Assembly: GCA_031181145.1 (NCBI GenBank)
Contig: JAPSLB010000001.1
Location: 23,775 to 87,774, forward strand
DNA: 64,000 bases
Reading direction: 5' to 3'
From: Microvirga sp.
Lineage (GTDB): Bacteria > Pseudomonadota > Alphaproteobacteria > Rhizobiales > Beijerinckiaceae
The notes beneath the pieces are model-generated. The model made no database searches, was not told the origin of the DNA, and was given only the letters and a program-made list of their open reading frames with translations. The position numbers were made by a program, and so were the translations under genes. Positions 60,216 through 64,000 of the stretch are shown piece by piece (position 1 is the stretch's first letter; every line of letters begins with the position of its first letter).

Positions 60216-61162
60216 GGCTCGGCCGATGCCTCCTCCGCATAGCTTGGGCGTACCCTCATCACCAGGATGAAAACCGTGGTCCAGAGGCAGAACGTGCCGA
60301 GGACAAGGCCGGCTTCCATCCAGGACAGGCTGCCCCTCGGCTGAAGGATCCAGAGTGTATGGGTGCCGTGATGCAGGAGCACCAGCGCACTCCCGCCCAC
60401 CATGGCCGTTCGACTGACGCCCGAGGGGATCAGGACCACGATCGCACCCAGCATCAGCAGATAGGAAGTCGTGAGAAGCCCCAGATTCCACGGATCGGAG
60501 CGTCTCAGGTACCAGCCTGCCCCTTCCGGTAGGTTTGCAAGCCAGACAACGATGAATTGCGCGAACCATGTCCAGACGGTCAGAAGCGCCAGCGTCAGCA
60601 GCGCACGCTCCAAGCTCGACATACGTATGGAAGATGTCGGCGCTGGTTTGAGAAAGTTCACGAGGATCGCGCTGGCCAGAGCCGCGAGAACTTGCGCAAG
60701 CCCAAAGGCGAAACCGAACAAGGTGGACCACCAATGAGGCTCGCGCGACAGCACCCAGTCATAGGCCGCGAGACTCATGACGGGTGTCAGCAAGGCCAGA
60801 CCGACGGCACTGACCCGGCGTACATGCCGAGTGCGGATCAGCCAGAAGGCCATTCCGGCGCAGATCAGCAGATAGAGAATGCTTCTTGTCAGAAAGAAGC
60901 CGGTGCTCAGAAACGCTGCCCGCATCGGCGGCAGGTTGCCTCTTTCGCCGACCCAGGGAAAAAGCTGATCGAGGCCGAAGGCCAGTGGCGTTCCGAGAAC
61001 GACCAGCAAGGGCACCGTCAGGGCTGCAGCCTCGACTTCCGCACGGATCGGAGCCAGCCAATGCTCGCTCATGAGGTGGCCGATCATCAAAACGATTAGG
61101 CTGCCCATCGATATTCCGGCGAGTCCGACAAAGCCGACATAAAGGGCTTCCATAATGCTCAT
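60212..61162 (-). CDS. Alternative complex III subunit ActF-like membrane protein
   Basis: Multi-TM protein with DWVLSREPHWWSTLFG and WTWFAQFIVVWLANLP motifs. Last gene of the act run. Confidence 0.75.
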   Translation of the reverse strand: MSIMEALYVGFVGLAGISMGSLIVLMIGHLMSEHWLAPIRAEVEAAALTVPLLVVLGTPLAFGLDQLFPWVGERGNLPPMRAAFLSTGFFLTRSILYLLICAGMAFWLIRTRHVRRVSAVGLALLTPVMSLAAYDWVLSREPHWWSTLFGFAFGLAQVLAALASAILVNFLKPAPTSSIRMSSLERALLTLALLTVWTWFAQFIVVWLANLPEGAGWYLRRSDPWNLGLLTTSYLLMLGAIVVLIPSGVSRTAMVGGSALVLLHHGTHTLWILQPRGSLSWMEAGLVLGTFCLWTTVFILVMRVRPSYAEEASAEP

Positions 61163-61653
61163 GGAGACATCGCCCCCTGGCGCGGGGGTGCGCCATCCTC
61201 TGCTTGCAGCCGCTTGACATAATGGGCGATGGCCCAGCGATCCTCCGGCAGGACCCGGTCGGCATAGGGAAACATTCGCCCTCGTCCATGAGTAATCACG
61301 CCGACGATCTGTTCCGGGGAAAGCGCCCGCAGGCGCTCCTCATGATAGGACGGCGGCGGCGGGAAACCGCGCGAGACCACCGTTCCGTCTCCCCGCCCGC
61401 TCAGCCCATGGCAGGGCGAGCAGAATGCCCGGAAGCGCTCTTCGCCCCTGGCAACCAGATCGGGCGAGACCTCCGGCCCCGGCGGAGCAAGCGCCGCGTT
61501 TTGCGCAGCCGCGCCCCTGGCGATTGTGCCCGGAGGAACGGGCACATAGGGCCGCTGAACGACGCGGGTCGAGGAGACGTCGTCCCGCTGCGTGGTGCCG
61601 GTATCGCAGGCCGCCACTAGAACGAGGCCGGCGAGGGCGACCGCTAACCGCAT
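61159..61653 (-). CDS. Alternative complex III monoheme cytochrome c lipoprotein (ActE-like)
   Basis: Lipobox VAAC, CSPCHG, G.GRM and DRWAI. Confidence 0.82.
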   Translation of the reverse strand: MRLAVALAGLVLVAACDTGTTQRDDVSSTRVVQRPYVPVPPGTIARGAAAQNAALAPPGPEVSPDLVARGEERFRAFCSPCHGLSGRGDGTVVSRGFPPPPSYHEERLRALSPEQIVGVITHGRGRMFPYADRVLPEDRWAIAHYVKRLQAEDGAPPRQGAMSP

Positions 61654-62183
61654 GCCGGCACCTCCTGCACGGCCTCCGGCGACAGCGTTTCCAGGAAGCT
61701 GCGGGCCGCGGAGGCCTCGAACAGAGGGTCGCCGCTCAGGATGCACAGGAAGAAGCGGTCCTCGGAGGCCCGCTTGAATCCGGGCACCGCGAAGACCGGG
61801 TGATGCAGGCGCGGCAGCCGCAGGATCAGAAGAAGCCCGAGCAATGTCGCAGCGCCCGCCCAGAGGATGGCGACGATCAGCGTCGATGGGATGAAGGTCG
61901 GCCAGCTGTGGAGTGGGCGCCCTCCGACATTCAGCGGATAGTCGATCACATTCATCCAATACTGCGCCCCATATTGCACACCGGCGCCCAGGAGGGCTGC
62001 AGTGAGCGCAATCCAGGGAATGGCGGACGTGCGGCAGTCGAGTTCCTTAGCGATGTCTGCAAGCGGAAAGGGACTGAACGCGTCGAGCTTCGTAAAGCCT
62101 GCGCGCTTGGTGGCCTTGATGGCTTCCGACAAGGCTTCCGGCGTCTTGAACTCGGCCATGATGCCATAGAGATGCTGCGTCAT
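61644..62183 (-). CDS. Alternative complex III subunit ActD (DUF3341)
   Basis: GIMAEF, DAFSPFP, YPLNVGGRP and ASEDRFFL. Confidence 0.85.
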   Translation of the reverse strand: MTQHLYGIMAEFKTPEALSEAIKATKRAGFTKLDAFSPFPLADIAKELDCRTSAIPWIALTAALLGAGVQYGAQYWMNVIDYPLNVGGRPLHSWPTFIPSTLIVAILWAGAATLLGLLLILRLPRLHHPVFAVPGFKRASEDRFFLCILSGDPLFEASAARSFLETLSPEAVQEVPACG

Positions 62184-63493
62184 GAGGATTTCTCCCGATG
62201 TTCGTCATGGCGGGTTTCGAACATGGAGACCACCGGCAGGAAGCGCGCGAAGAGCAGCAGAAGGGTTGAGAACAACCCGATGGTGCCCAGGAACAGACCG
62301 GTTTCGAGAAGCGTCGGACTATAGGTTCGCCAGATTGATGGCAGGTAATCGATCTGCAGGCCGCCGACGATGATCGAGAACCGGTCGAACCAGATCCCCA
62401 CCCCAATGGAGAGGCCGACGAAAACCCCCGCGATCGTGCTCTGGCGGGCAGCCCTGAACCAGAACAGCTGGGGGATGACGATGCTGTAGACGATGGCCGT
62501 CCAGTAGAGACCGGCGTAATCCCCGCTCATGCGGCTGAGAGTGGCCTCCTGCGCCATGCGGTCCGCCAGAAGGGCGGAGACGAATTCGTCGAGATAGAGA
62601 TAGCCCGACACGAGAGAGCTTGCGAGAACGAGCCTGCCGAGGAGATCGATGTCCCCCTCGTCGATATAGCGTCGAAGCCGCAAGCCCCAGCGCAGCAGCA
62701 CGGCGACGAGGAGAACGATGGACAACCCTTGGGCCAGGCCGGTCGCAACGAAGTGAAGCGGCTGGCGCGTCTCGTGCCAGTCAGGCACCAGCGTAACGGC
62801 GAACTCGAAAGCCACTGTGCTCTGCATGATGAGGATCAGCGGCAGAACGAGGATGGCGACGAGCCGGTAGGCGCGCTGGTGATAGGCCCAGTGACGCACG
62901 GAGCCGCGCCAGCCGAGCGCGAGGATTCCATAGATCTGCTGCGACGTTCTACGCCGGGCGCGATCACGCAGGGTTGCCAGATCGGGGATCAAACCCACAT
63001 ACCAAAGCAGACTTGTCACAATGACATGGGTGCTGATGGCCCAGAAATCCCATGTTAGGGTGCTGCGGAACTGCGGCCACACCTGGAACGTCGCAGGATA
63101 CGGGAACGTCCAATAGAACAGCCAGGGGCGCCCGAGGTGGAAGATCGGGAAGATGCCAGCGCATATGACGGCAAAGAGTGCGACGCCCTCGGAAAATCGG
63201 TTGACCGCGGTTCGCAGATCATGCCGCCGCAGGACAAGAATGGCCGCGAAAAGGCTCGCCCCATTGGCGATGCCGATCCACCAGGCATAGTTGATCAAGT
63301 CGAAGCCCCAGACGAACGGGATGTTCACGCCCCAGACTCCGACCCCTAGGATCGAGACCGAAAGCAGCGTGTAACCGAGCAGCAGAACGAGCGCGCCCGA
63401 TACCGCAAGAGCGGCCCACCAGACCACGCCGAAGCGGCGGGAGAGCGGGACTTCCGCAACCGGGCTCGTTACGGCCTGAGCGTCGCTATTCAT
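62180..63493 (-). CDS. Alternative complex III subunit ActC (NrfD/polysulfide reductase family)
   Basis: WGFDLINYAWWIGI, HLGRPW, PQFRSTLTWD and GLIPDLATLRD. Confidence 0.88.
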   Translation of the reverse strand: MNSDAQAVTSPVAEVPLSRRFGVVWWAALAVSGALVLLLGYTLLSVSILGVGVWGVNIPFVWGFDLINYAWWIGIANGASLFAAILVLRRHDLRTAVNRFSEGVALFAVICAGIFPIFHLGRPWLFYWTFPYPATFQVWPQFRSTLTWDFWAISTHVIVTSLLWYVGLIPDLATLRDRARRRTSQQIYGILALGWRGSVRHWAYHQRAYRLVAILVLPLILIMQSTVAFEFAVTLVPDWHETRQPLHFVATGLAQGLSIVLLVAVLLRWGLRLRRYIDEGDIDLLGRLVLASSLVSGYLYLDEFVSALLADRMAQEATLSRMSGDYAGLYWTAIVYSIVIPQLFWFRAARQSTIAGVFVGLSIGVGIWFDRFSIIVGGLQIDYLPSIWRTYSPTLLETGLFLGTIGLFSTLLLLFARFLPVVSMFETRHDEHREKSS

Positions 63494-63496
63494 CGG

Positions 63497-64000
63497 CTAT
63501 CCATTCTCCGTGGAAGGCTCGATACGGGCGAGATAGGTCGTTCGCGGCTGCGTATTCAGATCGCCGAGCAGCGCGTAGTTTCGTGCGCTTCTCCTGAGCC
63601 GGCCCACAGCACTGTCGGGATCGTTGATGTCGCCGAACACGATGGCCTGCGTCGGACAGGCCTGCTGGCAGGCCGTCATCACCTCTCCGTCGCGCAGACG
63701 CCTGCCCTCGATGCGAGCATCGGCGCGGGCCGCGCCGATCCGCTGAACGCAATAGGTGCATTTTTCCATGACGCCGCGGTCTCGGACCGTCACCTGCGGG
63801 TTCATGGCCTCGGGAGATGACGTATAATCCGTGCCTTGATAATCCAGAAAGTTGAAGCGTCGCACCTTGTAAGGGCAATTGTTCGAGCAAGTTCTCGTGC
63901 CGATGCAGCGGTTATAGACCATGTCATTGAGCCCCTCGGAGGAATGCACCGTCGCATTCACGGGGCAAACCACCTCGCAGGGAGCCTTCTCGCAATGCAT
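63497..64000 (-). CDS. Alternative complex III subunit ActB, C-terminal Fe-S domain (truncated by window edge)
   Basis: [32 protein letters not shown] and [10 protein letters not shown]...ACQQACP. Confidence 0.88.
   Translation of the reverse strand: MHCEKAPCEVVCPVNATVHSSEGLNDMVYNRCIGTRTCSNNCPYKVRRFNFLDYQGTDYTSSPEAMNPQVTVRDRGVMEKCTYCVQRIGAARADARIEGRRLRDGEVMTACQQACPTQAIVFGDINDPDSAVGRLRRSARNYALLGDLNTQPRTTYLARIEPSTENG

Noticed and set aside
1-64000. CRISPR arrays, rRNA, prophage genes, intact transposases or replication genes
   Set aside because: No regularly spaced direct repeats or matching motifs were seen by eye. A plasmid or chromid location is therefore only an inference.

Overview
GC-rich alphaproteobacterial DNA, probably an accessory replicon or island of a Microvirga/Methylobacteriaceae-like organism (inferred from protein families, intergenic palindromes and a ccdAB module). 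In order: (1) the end of an S8 protease, a phosphotransferase and an AT-richer patch (diguanylate cyclase, methyltransferase, IS3 relic, O-antigen ligase-like gene); (2) a self-contained selenium/formate island: YdeP-like oxidoreductase, fdhD, selD and an fdnGHI-fdhE-selA-selB operon, in which fdnG has an in-frame UGA plus SECIS and tRNA-Sec lies inside the 3' end of selB; (3) a Tat-exported transglutaminase-like protein, DUF2478, rarA, a Crp/Fnr regulator, an HNH protein, small ORFs and ccdAB; (4) the best candidate for an undescribed system: an L,D-transpeptidase, then a tandem glycine riboswitch ahead of pal, a class A PBP, an FtsI-like class B PBP and a UPF0126/TRIC-family transporter, suggesting a glycine-responsive peptidoglycan cassette; (5) DUF1269 and MCP pseudogenes and dedA; (6) TRAP-racemase-D-amino acid dehydrogenase and IclR-ABC-opine-oxidase-like catabolic modules; (7) an alternative complex III and heme-copper oxidase cluster that runs off the right edge. 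All calls come from motif reading by eye; no database searches were run.
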